Below are positions 1 to 11,157 of a stretch of DNA of 64,000 nucleotides, piece after piece; the stretch's first letter is position 1; every line of letters begins with the position of its first letter. Under the pieces are notes generated by a model. The model was not told the origin of the DNA. It did no database searches and saw only the letters and a list, made by a program, of their open reading frames with translations. The stretch comes from an uncultured Rhodopirellula sp. Its GTDB lineage: Bacteria; Planctomycetota; Planctomycetia; Pirellulales; Pirellulaceae. The stretch lies in NCBI GenBank assembly GCA_964007735.1, contig CAXGAI010000002.1, positions 62,001 to 126,000 of the forward strand, given 5' to 3'. Position numbers and translations under genes: made by a program.

Positions 1-272
1 CTGTCTTTCCAATGCCGCAAACTTTAACACATGGTGCCCAATCGCAGGCGGAATTATAGGTTCTAGCACTATTGTCACCCAGCCCAATAAGTCGATTTAT
101 AAAGGGTGGTGGCTCCGCATCCTAACCAAGTTGATACCAAGTGAGGTTAGCGATTAGCAAAGCGGGACAAAGAGAGGTGTACTTGGCAAATCAGGTAAAC
201 TTTACCGCCAACAACAAATCGAGTGTTCCAAAGTTACCACTGCGGGAATTAGGAAAGATAACGGGTAGTTAT

Positions 273-1175
273 ATGGACGAATCGGAACATAGCGAATCAA
301 ACTTTCTGGATAACGATCTCTTCGCTAAGGAAGAAGTCGAGTCACCGGCGTCGAATGAAAATAAGACGGGGGAGGAAGATCTGCTTGTCGTAAACGACAA
401 GGCTGCGGCCGAAGAGAGACCATGTTCACAAACTCAGATTGCAATGCTCAAACAACAGCTCGCTGAAGCTCAAAAAATGACGGCTTTGGGTGAACTCGTT
501 GGCACCACAACTCACGAATTCAATAACATTCTGATGACCGTTCTTAACTATGCCAAAATGGGTATGCGTCATCGCGACGATGAAACAAGAGATAAGGCTT
601 TCGACAAAATTCTGGCAGCCAGCCAACGTGCTGCCAAGATTACCAACGCCGTCCTGGGAATGGCTCGCAATCGCTCGGATGTCATTGAGTCAACCGATTT
701 GGGTAAAGTCATCGATGATGCTCTGGTTCTGTTAGAACGTGAAATGAACAAATACCGTATCTCGATGGAAGTGGAATTATTAGACGTACCTGAAACTCAA
801 TGCAATGGAAATCAAATCCAACAAGTTCTCTTGAATCTGTTGACCAATGCACGACAAGCGATGGATATCGGTGGCACAATCTGGGTCAAACTCGAGCATG
901 ATGCTGAGGAAAACATGAACCTGCTAACCGTGAGAGATTCAGGGTGCGGCATTCCACAGGAAGAACTTCCCAGAATCTTTGATCCTTTTTACAGCACAAA
1001 AGCCGGACCGGATGAGAGTGGCAAAGGCGGCACAGGACTGGGTCTCAGTTCCTGCCTAAACATCATTGATTCGCATCAAGGTCGCCTCAAAATAGAAAGT
1101 ACTGTCGGCGTAGGAACCCAGTTCATCATTATGCTGCCTGTTGCCAGCGACGACGAACACTTAGCTGTAGCTTAG
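273..1175 (+). CDS. Sensor histidine kinase (HisKA + HATPase_c), no obvious sensor domain
   Basis: H-box THEFNNIL, N-box QVLLNLLTNARQA, G1 DSGCGI, F-box IFDPFYSTK, G2 GGTGLGLS. The ORF is open from 141 (GTG); ATG at 273 is the more likely start. Confidence 0.9.
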   Translation: MDESEHSESNFLDNDLFAKEEVESPASNENKTGEEDLLVVNDKAAAEERPCSQTQIAMLKQQLAEAQKMTALGELVGTTTHEFNNILMTVLNYAKMGMRHRDDETRDKAFDKILAASQRAAKITNAVLGMARNRSDVIESTDLGKVIDDALVLLEREMNKYRISMEVELLDVPETQCNGNQIQQVLLNLLTNARQAMDIGGTIWVKLEHDAEENMNLLTVRDSGCGIPQEELPRIFDPFYSTKAGPDESGKGGTGLGLSSCLNIIDSHQGRLKIESTVGVGTQFIIMLPVASDDEHLAVA

Positions 1176-1198
1176 ATAGTCCGCCAAGGGTAGTAAAA

Positions 1199-1684
1199 CT
1201 ATTGACCTGTTTTTTTTAGCTTCTTCTTCTCTCGACGACGTTGAAAGTCAGTCACCTGACTGAGCAATGGATTAATCGTCTTTTCCTGAATATCATGCGG
1301 AGGATCCCAGTCCACCCATTGATAATCCAGATGCTCTGTCGGAACGACCTTTCCGGAAACACCTTTTTTTAACTTTGCCAGAAAAATGACCAATCGTTTA
1401 GTGACATTTTCACCACGACCTTTCCAATTCTTGACCTCATAGTATTCTTCAAATCGAAAATCTTTCTGCAACTTAATGTCATTGCGATCGATACCTGTTT
1501 CTTCCTCAAATTCGCGCATCGCGCACTCGAGTTTCGTTTCACCCGGATCGACATGTCCCTTCGGAAGATCCCAACGGCGTGCATGTTTCATTAGCAAGAA
1601 TTGTTTACGACCTTTGTGTTTCCTAAGCAATAGAATGCCACAGGAAACCGGTTGTTTCTCGGAAGCTGTTACCATAATGATCAA
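1199..1684 (-). CDS. NUDIX hydrolase, Ap4A hydrolase (NUDT2)-like
   Basis: Nudix box WDLPKGHVDPGETKLECAMREFEEETGI. Confidence 0.88.
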   Translation of the reverse strand: MIIMVTASEKQPVSCGILLLRKHKGRKQFLLMKHARRWDLPKGHVDPGETKLECAMREFEEETGIDRNDIKLQKDFRFEEYYEVKNWKGRGENVTKRLVIFLAKLKKGVSGKVVPTEHLDYQWVDWDPPHDIQEKTINPLLSQVTDFQRRREKKKLKKTGQ

Positions 1685-1704
1685 TCCGCCATCACTTATT
1701 CTGC

Positions 1705-2778
1705 CTATTTCCCTGGCAGCACAAAGTCTCCAATGAACAACTGGCTAGTGTGAGTATCTGTTCGAGTACTTGTCCACATTAACTGTTTACCATCAGGTGA
1801 AAAGACTGGAAGAACATCAGCACCAATATTATCTGTCACTCGCACGGGCTCACCAATAGAAAACTTATCTTCTTGGGAGACCGAATATCGGGCCAGCCAT
1901 AGGTCATAATTTGGACGACCGCCTGTGGAATGATCAGCTCCGGACCAAATAATATACGGTTCTGTTGGATGCCAGTATGGCCCCCAATTCACTCCTGTGG
2001 TGTCTGTCAAAGCAACTTCATTTTTGCCATCGATACCAATCACATAGATCTGCAGCATGTGCTCTTCTTTACGATCACTACGGAAAATCACCCACTTGCC
2101 ATTCGGTGAAATAAAAGGGCCTCCGTCATATCCTTTAGCGTTGGTCAACTGCCGTACATTCCCGCCATCAGCGTCCATCAGATAAAGGTCCGGGTCTCCG
2201 TCTCTAGTACTACAAAAGGCGATCAGCTTACCATTATTTGAATAAGCACCCTCTGCGTCGTAACCTTCAGCCTTGGTCAAACGTTTAATAATCCTACCCT
2301 TTGGTGTGGCCACGAACATTTCCGTATGTGGATCAAATGGCCATGAGTACCGACGCCGCACTCCGTTCTTACGATCTTCTTCCTGCTGTTTGATCTCTGC
2401 CTCTTCCGTGGTTGTCATTTCGGGATCAAGATGACTCGAGGCAAACAGAATATTTTTACCATCGACGGTAAAATAGCTACAAGTGGTACGTCCTCTGCCT
2501 GTACTGACCAACCGCGGACGTCCACCTTCCAATGACTGGATGTAAATCTGGTAGAAGGGATAATCTTTCGTAATGGCTTGGTAGACGATTCGTTTTCCAT
2601 CCGGCGAAAAATATCCTTCGCCGGCTTTGACAAAAGAGGAAGTCACTTGCCGTACGTTTTTTAGAAACCCCGCCTCAATTTCACTGATCGAGACGTCCTG
2701 AGCGCGAAGCAATCCAGTATCGCTTACCAGCATTATCAAGCTTGCTACGAATGTAGAAACTATATGTCTCATATCCAT
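1705..2778 (-). CDS. Secreted TolB-like beta-propeller (PD40 repeats)
   Basis: Signal peptide; repeats FSPDGKRIVY, YSNNGKLIAFCSTRDG, ISPNGKWVIF, FSPDGKQLMW. Confidence 0.85.
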   Translation of the reverse strand: MDMRHIVSTFVASLIMLVSDTGLLRAQDVSISEIEAGFLKNVRQVTSSFVKAGEGYFSPDGKRIVYQAITKDYPFYQIYIQSLEGGRPRLVSTGRGRTTCSYFTVDGKNILFASSHLDPEMTTTEEAEIKQQEEDRKNGVRRRYSWPFDPHTEMFVATPKGRIIKRLTKAEGYDAEGAYSNNGKLIAFCSTRDGDPDLYLMDADGGNVRQLTNAKGYDGGPFISPNGKWVIFRSDRKEEHMLQIYVIGIDGKNEVALTDTTGVNWGPYWHPTEPYIIWSGADHSTGGRPNYDLWLARYSVSQEDKFSIGEPVRVTDNIGADVLPVFSPDGKQLMWTSTRTDTHTSQLFIGDFVLPGK

Positions 2779-2941
2779 TCAATCCTTGTATATCAATTCG
2801 CCGGCCACCCAAAACACCAAGGTAGTTCTAAGTTTTGTCTAATTTCAATCCATCTTAATGTATCAAACCGTGTACCATAATCAATGAGACACATGCTGCT
2901 CAAACGTTTCACTCTCTACGAGTCCAATTAGCGATATACCA

Positions 2942-3511
2942 ATGAAGATCTACACACGAACAGGTGATTCGGGAGAAACCGGTTTAGCTGGCGGTGGCCG
3001 AGTTTCTAAAACCAGTCTGGCTATCGAAGCGGTTGGGACAATCGATGAACTGAATGCGGTGCTGGGAATTGTCCGCAGTTATTCGATTACCGATGAGGTT
3101 CAGAACCAACTTCAACAGATTCAATCCCGACTGTTTGATGTTGGGGCTTTGGTGGCTTCCAAAGAAGGATACGATTGTGGCGTTGCTATCTCTGCTGAAG
3201 AATCCACCTGGCTGGAAGCACGCATTGACAAACTGAATCAAAATCTACCCGAACTGCGGCAGTTCATTCTTCCCGGCGGACACCCTGCCGCTGCGCAAAC
3301 ACACTTTGCGCGAACAGTATGCCGGCGAGCCGAACGACTTGTTGTCAATCTACAACAACAATCAGAGAATCCTCTAGGCAATGCGACCACCTACCTAAAC
3401 AGGCTGAGTGATTATCTATTTGTACTAGCCCGAGCTTTAAATGCACTGCATGCAGAAACGGAGACAACCTGGACCGGGGCTAGTCGTAATAACAACCAGT
3501 CGGCTTCTTAG
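2942..3511 (+). CDS. ATP:cob(I)alamin adenosyltransferase, PduO-type
   Basis: MKIYTRTGDSGET, GTIDELNA, FILPGG, ARTVCRRAER, YLNRLSDYLF. Confidence 0.93.
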   Translation: MKIYTRTGDSGETGLAGGGRVSKTSLAIEAVGTIDELNAVLGIVRSYSITDEVQNQLQQIQSRLFDVGALVASKEGYDCGVAISAEESTWLEARIDKLNQNLPELRQFILPGGHPAAAQTHFARTVCRRAERLVVNLQQQSENPLGNATTYLNRLSDYLFVLARALNALHAETETTWTGASRNNNQSAS

Positions 3512-4215
3512 ATATCCATCCCTAACCGGAAGCTTAGTTGATCAAATTGCTTCCGATATACAGGGCGCGAAGAATGCACATGATTTTCCTCAGTGATAAA
3601 TCGCATATCTTCCATCGGCCAAACGTCATAACGAAACAGAATTCGTTCAAACGACGTCAGGTCTTCTGCATAAATCATCAACATCTTGTGTTCATCGAGT
3701 TGAACTTCAAGTTGCTTCTTCGGATTTACCACTGCCACGCCTGTACAGCCATCATTCATGATCAGAGACTCGTAGTCGTATAAGGTACTTTTCAGAACCG
3801 GCAGGTCGATCTTTTCACGATAAAGATCTTCATGTGAGCCATCACCATGCGAGTGACTTGTCTCCAAAACACAATCGACGAGTTTGCCGAGTGGATTCAT
3901 AAGATCCAAAAACAGCTCAAACAATACGTCACGCGTTGCGGCCGCCAGAATCATCGGCAATTCCATATTGCGGCTACGTGAACGAAAAGTCTCGCGGCGA
4001 TAACCCTGCCTTAATGCCAGAGTTGAGTCTTTGCCAGGACGAACCGCATCTGTGAACTCAAACGAACCAATAGCATTCAGTTCGAAAAGTGCTTCGGATG
4101 AAGCCAATTTTCTGTTGAAATAACCCTGCTTTTCAGCGGTTTGTGCATACCAGTCACGTCCCTGTGCCAGTGAGTTCGTTTCATTGGATTCAAAGGAAGG
4201 AGTGGGATTCATCAA
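3508..4215 (-). CDS. Hypothetical protein
   Basis: 235-aa ORF filling the gap between neighbours; no family recognised. Confidence 0.7.
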   Translation of the reverse strand: MMNPTPSFESNETNSLAQGRDWYAQTAEKQGYFNRKLASSEALFELNAIGSFEFTDAVRPGKDSTLALRQGYRRETFRSRSRNMELPMILAAATRDVLFELFLDLMNPLGKLVDCVLETSHSHGDGSHEDLYREKIDLPVLKSTLYDYESLIMNDGCTGVAVVNPKKQLEVQLDEHKMLMIYAEDLTSFERILFRYDVWPMEDMRFITEENHVHSSRPVYRKQFDQLSFRLGMDI

Positions 4216-4365
4216 ATTCGTGCTTTACTAATCATGCCGGTTAAAGTGAGTTCATTTCCCCAAAACAGATGATTGTTCTGGTGACTACATAAACGTAGGT
4301 TACGTTGTGAACCGTGCATGAAATTGCCGGTAAGATTCAAAGAAAAATCATTCGTGGTCAGCAGA

Positions 4366-5892
4366 CTACCTACAGAAGACCCTTAAATCCCCGAGTAAAA
4401 CCATTCCAGCCAGCAGGAATTCCTGATCGTTTTCGTCAGCCAGTGATGAGTCGGCAATTTTTATATAACGAGACCATTTCACCCTATCCAGTCTGCGAGT
4501 CGCATCCACGCTCTTCCAACGACCATCCAAATAAACTTCATTCCACATATGGAAGCAACAATTGGTCTGTCCTCCGTCCGGTATAGCAACCAAACCATTA
4601 ACCAACCGAGTTGGCAATCCTGCAGCTCGAGTCATTGCTGCAAATAAACAAGCGTGTTCGGTACAATCACCTTCGCCACTTTCAAATGCATCGGCTGCCG
4701 ATGCCATCGCTTTGGAGTAGTTTTTCTTATCCATATGTTCATAGACAAATTCCTGAATAGCCATTACTTTCTCAACCTCAGCCTCCAACTCCTCTGTGAG
4801 TTCTTGCACCTTGGCCCGAATTCCGGCATGTTCAACCTCAATAAGGAGTGAACTAGCCAGATACTCTTTCGACGGATTTTCAGCGTTAAGTTCAGTATTC
4901 AAAATGTCATCCGACAACTCCAGCATCACTTCATCTTCACTTTTCTTCTTCACGGTTTGATAGAGCGTATTGGAAAACATATCACTCAGGTCAGTCAGCG
5001 CAGAGTACAGTGTTAATTCTTGTCGTGACGCTTCCTGATCATAGATACCGCCAATCTCCACTGAAGTCACGTCGTTGAAATCAACTGCCTCAATCGTCCT
5101 CGAAGAATCGAGAAAAGATCCTGTTACTTCCATGCGATCCTCGACATACAAAAACTCCATGCCCATTTGAGGATAGGTCGCCTTCATTGTGACACCTTCG
5201 CTATTGACCCAGAGCTTACCTTCGAGAGAAATCCCTTCCCCACCATCCGATAAGACGTCAATCTGCAGCAATGACTGTTTGGGAAAATCCTCGATCTTTT
5301 CCAAGTCATGAGCCCTCAAAGTTTGCTTGTAGACAGCAAGGTTCGTGGGTTCAACATTAGAGAGGGATCTCGATTCCCCGGGCTTCATCATATCCCTTAC
5401 CAGAGACAGGTCGATTCCTAATGGTCCAAGTGTTCCCTGTTGCCATGGGATCTGCTTATCCTCGACTTCGTCGGACTTTTCAACTCGAACTTCAAGTGAA
5501 TCCCCTGCTACGACTGCAAACGTTGCTGTGGCTCCTCCTTCATTCGAATCAACCGTCATGCTCTTTAAAACGCCGTCTGATGATTCGACAAAATGAACGT
5601 CCATCAGGGAAACATTCGTCGCTGCCCCTCGATTGAGTTGCAGCGTCATAAACCAAGTACCATAAACTTCATCGACCTTCTCATCATGCTTGGCATCCAG
5701 CAACACATAGCCGACGGTATGGCCCTTTATCTTGACCAGATAATTGGCCTTTAGCAGCACTTTATCACGGCTGCTTTCCACTTCTACTTTGGGCCACTCG
5801 ACCTTTGCCGGTTCGTTAGTACACCCGGCCAGAACCATTGAAGCTGTGAGAATTAAAAGTGGAGCGAGGCGTGGAAACTGCTGATCTACCAT
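4366..5892 (-). CDS. Transglutaminase-like domain lipoprotein
   Basis: Lipobox VLAGC; Cys-His-Asp triad motifs GDCTEHA, FHMWNEV, VDAT. Confidence 0.85.
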   Translation of the reverse strand: MVDQQFPRLAPLLILTASMVLAGCTNEPAKVEWPKVEVESSRDKVLLKANYLVKIKGHTVGYVLLDAKHDEKVDEVYGTWFMTLQLNRGAATNVSLMDVHFVESSDGVLKSMTVDSNEGGATATFAVVAGDSLEVRVEKSDEVEDKQIPWQQGTLGPLGIDLSLVRDMMKPGESRSLSNVEPTNLAVYKQTLRAHDLEKIEDFPKQSLLQIDVLSDGGEGISLEGKLWVNSEGVTMKATYPQMGMEFLYVEDRMEVTGSFLDSSRTIEAVDFNDVTSVEIGGIYDQEASRQELTLYSALTDLSDMFSNTLYQTVKKKSEDEVMLELSDDILNTELNAENPSKEYLASSLLIEVEHAGIRAKVQELTEELEAEVEKVMAIQEFVYEHMDKKNYSKAMASAADAFESGEGDCTEHACLFAAMTRAAGLPTRLVNGLVAIPDGGQTNCCFHMWNEVYLDGRWKSVDATRRLDRVKWSRYIKIADSSLADENDQEFLLAGMVLLGDLRVFCR

Positions 5893-5996
5893 GTCTTTAT
5901 TTCCGCGAGAAGGAATTAATTTTAGGTGCTTCTACGAATACCTATTAAATCTGGCTTTATCATCAAATCCGGTTCCGATAAAATTGAAGTAGTTAA

Positions 5997-6443
<447 letters not shown>

Positions 6444-6489
6444 TATACGACTTCTTTCCTGCTTTCTGCTTCCAATATAAAAACGCTTC

Positions 6490-9129
6490 ATGTCTGAAAA
6501 CCCAAGTTTTAGCGATTCCATTGTAAAAGCTCGGCAACGGCTACAAGAAGGTCGAGAGCGAATCAGGCAGCAACATGAGGGTGGATCGCCGGGCATTCAG
6601 GTTTGTACTGGAATTTCAGACCTCTTCGACGAGATCGTACTCAGCATGTACGAACTTGCGATTTCCCAGGTTGTACAAAATGAAGAACAACGAGTTCAAC
6701 TGGAGCAAATCACGGCGATTGTGCCCCATGGCGGCTATGGCCGTCGTGACGTAGCTCCTTACTCAGACATCGATCTCATGTTACTTTGTCAAAAATCAGA
6801 TGCCTTTCTGGTACCGGAATTAGCACGAGCTCTAAGTCAAAACATCTACGATGTCGGTCTGCAACTTGGCTTTGCCACTCGAAATGTAAAAGAAGCGTCA
6901 AGCCTGGGGCTCAAAGATGCAAAGATCTTCACATCGCTGGTGGAATCCCGATTTCTAACGGGCAATAAAGAACTCTATTCGGAATTCTTCACTCGCTTCC
7001 GTCGACGGTCTCGAAATCGCTGGAAACATCTTATCAAAATGGTCTACACAGCCCGACATGAAGAACGCCTGCAATTTGGTGATACCGTACATTTGCTCAA
7101 GCCGAATATTAAACGCTCACGCGGGACTCTTCGGGACCTCCAATTTGTAAGATGGATTGGCTTTATTGTTCACGGCGAAGCGGAACCTGTAACACTGCAA
7201 CGATTAGGGGTTTTGACTCGAGAAGACTATCGCACATTGCGAAATGCCCGAGATTTTTTACTCCAGTTGCGCAACGAATTGCACTTTCAGGCCAGTAAAT
7301 CACAAGATGTACTGAACCGCTTCGAACAAGTACGTATCGCAGAAAAGTCAGGGTATGAAAACAACACCGAAACTCTGGCCGTCGAACAGTTCATGCAACA
7401 TTACTTCGAACACATCAGTCAGGTTCGCTATACGGTAACTCACTTTTTCCAATCAAGTCGACCGGAACGCTGGAGTTCCAAACTATCACTTCCTGGTTTC
7501 GTGAGAAAATTGGATGGTAAATTTCGAATGGGACCTTACAGCATCGGAGCTTTGCCAAATCAGATCGACCGTATTCGCTCCAACCTTAGTGACGTTATCA
7601 GGCTGATGGAACTTGCCAGTAAATACAACAGACGCATCGACCACCGCACCTGGACGGCCATCCGTGGAACCATGATGGAACAAGAGACCGTTGAATTGAC
7701 TGATCAGGTAATTCAGCAGTTTCTGTCATTACTCGCACGCCCGATACGACTGGGCGAACAACTTAGAAAACTACATCAAATGCGAGTGCTGGAAAAAATA
7801 GTGCCCGCTGTCAAACATGCCAGGAATTTGCTTCAATTCAACGACTACCACAAATACACCGTCGATGAACACTCCATGCGTGCCGTCAAGAAAGCGACGG
7901 ACTTTTTTGGCGACAATTCCGTCTTAGGCAGTGTCTATCGAGAACTCGGCAACAAGACGATCCTTCATCTGGCCCTGTTAATTCACGACCTCGGGAAAGG
8001 TTTCCCTGAAGACCACAGCGACGTCGGTCGTGAAATTGCTGAGCAGGTTGGCAGACGCTTTAACCTGACCGACCATAATACCGATATCCTAAAACATCTC
8101 GTTCACAAACATCTGCTAATGGCTCACACGGCGTTTCGACAGGATCTCCACGACGAAAATGTGGTGATCCGTTTTGCTTCCGAAGCACGCTCGCTGGAGC
8201 AGCTACAAATGTTGTTCGTTCTGACCTGCGCCGATCTTGCCGCCGTGGGTCCCGGAGTGCTTAACAAATGGAAACAAGACCTCATCACGGAACTGTACCT
8301 GAAAGCCCGAATTCACCTATCCGGAGAATCACAGGCAAAATTTGCCGAAGACTGGCTGGTAACTCAGCAAAGAAAGCTTCTAAAGCTACTGCCCGGAGAG
8401 GCAGCCACGTGGGAATCACATCTTGTTAAGCTACCTCCTGCTTTGCTGAACGATGAACACCTCGCCAGATCCGTCGACTATCTTACATCCCTCGCTAAAC
8501 TAAAGCCGAATGACGTGGTCACCTGGGCTCGCTATGTTCCCGAACGTAATGCTACAGAATACACGATCGGAGCTCACCAGAAAACACTCGACGGATGCTT
8601 CCATCGCATTACCGGCGTTCTTTCAAGCCAACGCAACTCCATTCTGGGAGCAGAGATTTTCAGTCTGGCCGACGAGTTAGTCCTCGATCGTTTCTTTGTT
8701 TCCGATCTGGATCATGCACATGTTCCCACGAATGATCGGCTTAGTTTGATTCAACAAAAACTAATTCAAACCATTAAACTCAAAGAAGATGTAAATCCAA
8801 CCTTTCGGCAGGTCTGGTCAGCCTCGTCAGAGACCACCGCTGGCGAGATCAATCCATTGCCATCACGAGTCGGTATCGATAATAAATCGGCCCGGAAGCA
8901 CACTATCATTACCGTGTTCGCGTATGACAGACTGGGCCTTCTCTACAAAATTACAAAGGTCCTGTTTGATCTGGGACTGGATGTTCACGTCGCAAAAATA
9001 GGAACTTATATCGATCAGGTTGTCGACGTCTTCTATGTAACCGATCGAAATGGTAATAAGATAGAGTCAAAAGAACAGTTCGACGCAATCCGCGAGGAAC
9101 TGTTGGAACAAATTGAAAAGTCAGTGTAA
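6490..9129 (+). CDS. glnD: [Protein-PII] uridylyltransferase / uridylyl-removing enzyme
   Basis: GGYGR..APYSDIDL nucleotidyltransferase motif, YHKYTVDEH, HD motif LIHDLGKG, C-terminal ACT domains (DRLGLLY, DVFYV). Confidence 0.95.
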   Translation: MSENPSFSDSIVKARQRLQEGRERIRQQHEGGSPGIQVCTGISDLFDEIVLSMYELAISQVVQNEEQRVQLEQITAIVPHGGYGRRDVAPYSDIDLMLLCQKSDAFLVPELARALSQNIYDVGLQLGFATRNVKEASSLGLKDAKIFTSLVESRFLTGNKELYSEFFTRFRRRSRNRWKHLIKMVYTARHEERLQFGDTVHLLKPNIKRSRGTLRDLQFVRWIGFIVHGEAEPVTLQRLGVLTREDYRTLRNARDFLLQLRNELHFQASKSQDVLNRFEQVRIAEKSGYENNTETLAVEQFMQHYFEHISQVRYTVTHFFQSSRPERWSSKLSLPGFVRKLDGKFRMGPYSIGALPNQIDRIRSNLSDVIRLMELASKYNRRIDHRTWTAIRGTMMEQETVELTDQVIQQFLSLLARPIRLGEQLRKLHQMRVLEKIVPAVKHARNLLQFNDYHKYTVDEHSMRAVKKATDFFGDNSVLGSVYRELGNKTILHLALLIHDLGKGFPEDHSDVGREIAEQVGRRFNLTDHNTDILKHLVHKHLLMAHTAFRQDLHDENVVIRFASEARSLEQLQMLFVLTCADLAAVGPGVLNKWKQDLITELYLKARIHLSGESQAKFAEDWLVTQQRKLLKLLPGEAATWESHLVKLPPALLNDEHLARSVDYLTSLAKLKPNDVVTWARYVPERNATEYTIGAHQKTLDGCFHRITGVLSSQRNSILGAEIFSLADELVLDRFFVSDLDHAHVPTNDRLSLIQQKLIQTIKLKEDVNPTFRQVWSASSETTAGEINPLPSRVGIDNKSARKHTIITVFAYDRLGLLYKITKVLFDLGLDVHVAKIGTYIDQVVDVFYVTDRNGNKIESKEQFDAIREELLEQIEKSV

Positions 9130-9152
9130 TTCCGACCCGAGGTACATTCCTT

Positions 9153-9794
9153 ATGAAAGCTCCCTTCTCATTCCTGCCCTTGCTTGTAGCTGCTCTGTTC
9201 GCTTCCACCCCATTGGTCGCTCAGGACGAAGACGCAAACATCGCTGAAGAAGCAAAGCAGGCCCCTGCCCGCTTTAAAGTCATTTTCGAACTATCCAATG
9301 ATGGCCAAGTTGAAATCGAAGTCGCTCGCAAACTGGCGCCGCTCGGTGTCGACCAGTTCTATCAACTCGTGCAGTCCGGCTTCTACAATGAGTGCCGTTT
9401 CTTCCGGGTTGTCCCCGATTTTGTGGTGCAATTCGGAATCAACGGGGATCCTGAAGTACAAAAAAAATGGAAAGACGCTCCGATCAAAGACGATCCGGTT
9501 GTGTTTAGTAACCGCAAAGGAACGATCTGCTTTGCAACGTCCGGGGAAAACACTCGTACTAGCCAATTGTTCATCAATCTCAAAGATAACGAGAATCTTG
9601 ATGGACTAGGGTTTGCAGCCTTTGGCCGGGTAAATAAAGGCCTGAAACACATCGAAGCGATCAATGACGAATACGGCCAGACCCCCAATCAGGGACTCAT
9701 TCAAGATCAGGGTAATGAATACCTGATTAAAGAATTCCCTAACATGGACTACATCAAAAAGGCTTATGTCGTTGAAAAGAAGGAGAAACAATAA
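9153..9794 (+). CDS. Periplasmic cyclophilin-type peptidyl-prolyl cis-trans isomerase
   Basis: Signal peptide; FFRVVPDFVVQFG, TRTSQLFINL, FAAFGRV. Confidence 0.9.
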   Translation: MKAPFSFLPLLVAALFASTPLVAQDEDANIAEEAKQAPARFKVIFELSNDGQVEIEVARKLAPLGVDQFYQLVQSGFYNECRFFRVVPDFVVQFGINGDPEVQKKWKDAPIKDDPVVFSNRKGTICFATSGENTRTSQLFINLKDNENLDGLGFAAFGRVNKGLKHIEAINDEYGQTPNQGLIQDQGNEYLIKEFPNMDYIKKAYVVEKKEKQ

Positions 9795-9876
9795 GCTTGC
9801 ATCAGACGTTACAAAAATGCTGATCGCCCGAGGGTTATTCGTTATCTCCAAGAGGGTTCAAGCTCGTACTCAAGGC

Positions 9877-9917
9877 AAAAAGCCGCTACTGACAGTTCAT
9901 GTCAGTAGCGGCTTTTT
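9877..9917. terminator. Bidirectional rho-independent terminator
   Basis: AAAAAGCCGCTACTGACA-gttca-TGTCAGTAGCGGCTTTTT, a perfect inverted repeat with A/T tails between convergent genes. Confidence 0.85.
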
Positions 9918-9959
9918 AATTTACCACAAAACTAGGCGACTTCAGACACACTCATGTCT

Positions 9960-11009
9960 TTAGGCGTTCAATTCAACCTCCGAAGAATCGGCAATATTAA
10001 CCCAAACGTGAACATGAGGAGCACCGCGGAAGTGCCATACGAATGACGGACCTTCCAAACGCCAATTGTCCCAGACTTTGTCGCCACCAATATCGTTGTC
10101 GGTGTAGAAGGCTAAATGACAGGCATCCAAACCACCTTGTTTCTTAACGCATTCCAAGGCTTCCTGCTGGTCTGACTTGCGGAACATCGAAACCAGACTT
10201 TGAAGTGTTTTCTGAACGCCATCTTTCTGAGCACCATTCAAATCTTTCACTGCAATTCCCTGAATACCACCTTTGGCTCCTTTGAACGCAACGGCTTGTT
10301 CACGAACGGTCTTGGGAACTTCTGCCACCTTACGTTGCTCATTATCCAACAGCTTGTAAACATTATTGGCTGCGACGGCCTGTTCCCAGAAGACATTGCC
10401 ATCGTGATCAGGTTCTTCGTCAAACGTTCCGTGTGGATCATGGCCGTAAAATAAAGGGCCGCCGAATGCAACATGATCTGTTGTGTTACCATCAGCACGG
10501 AGTGTCAAGTGCCGTGAAGTCATCACGAATTCGAACTGGTCGCTACCCGGTTCACCAAAAATTGCGATGTTGTTGGTCTCCCCAAATCCACCGGTATCAT
10601 CTTCCTGCTGTTTGTCAAACTTGGCGTGCCAATCAGGTGCCAGCAAACCTTCGTAAATCATGCGAATCATGTCGCGTTGTTCAGCGGTGAAGAACTTGGA
10701 GTTCAATGTTGGCTTAGTGATGTGCCAGTTGTTAGCGATGCGAGTACGTAGTAATCCACGGCTTGGATCCATATGATTCCAATCGAACGCAACAACCTTC
10801 TTCTGACTTTCAGTCAAAGTATCGTACAATCGTTTGACAATGTTTTCAGGATTACCCTGTGACTTTTCTTTGCCTGAAAGCGGAGCTTGCAGTGCAGCTC
10901 CAGCCACAATCGACGCGGCCCCGGTGGACTGCATAAACTTACGGCGATTGAAATTAATAGAACTCATGAGACAAACCTTGTTTGATGACGGCGAAGCGGT
11001 ATTCAACAT
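9960..11009 (-). CDS. DUF3500-like protein with Tat signal
   Basis: NRRKFMQ twin-arginine motif (likely start ATG 10967); RHLTLR, WRLEGPSFVWHF, PHVHVW. Confidence 0.75.
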   Translation of the reverse strand: MLNTASPSSNKVCLMSSINFNRRKFMQSTGAASIVAGAALQAPLSGKEKSQGNPENIVKRLYDTLTESQKKVVAFDWNHMDPSRGLLRTRIANNWHITKPTLNSKFFTAEQRDMIRMIYEGLLAPDWHAKFDKQQEDDTGGFGETNNIAIFGEPGSDQFEFVMTSRHLTLRADGNTTDHVAFGGPLFYGHDPHGTFDEEPDHDGNVFWEQAVAANNVYKLLDNEQRKVAEVPKTVREQAVAFKGAKGGIQGIAVKDLNGAQKDGVQKTLQSLVSMFRKSDQQEALECVKKQGGLDACHLAFYTDNDIGGDKVWDNWRLEGPSFVWHFRGAPHVHVWVNIADSSEVELNA

Positions 11010-11157
11010 TTGGGCTATTATCCCATACCAAGGGGTACCTTCGCAATGAAGAAGAGGTCATGATTATGGGAAATCTAAATGATATCGTCCACAGGTCGGG
11101 TGATGACCTGTCGAAGCTTCAGGATTCTCGATAACCCTGCTCATTATAGAAAGTATT

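Noticed and set aside
2942..3511. PduO-type adenosyltransferase as part of the light-response system (AdoB12 supply)
   Set aside because: It lies about 30 kb from the island in housekeeping context, and the regulator lacks the B12-ligating His.
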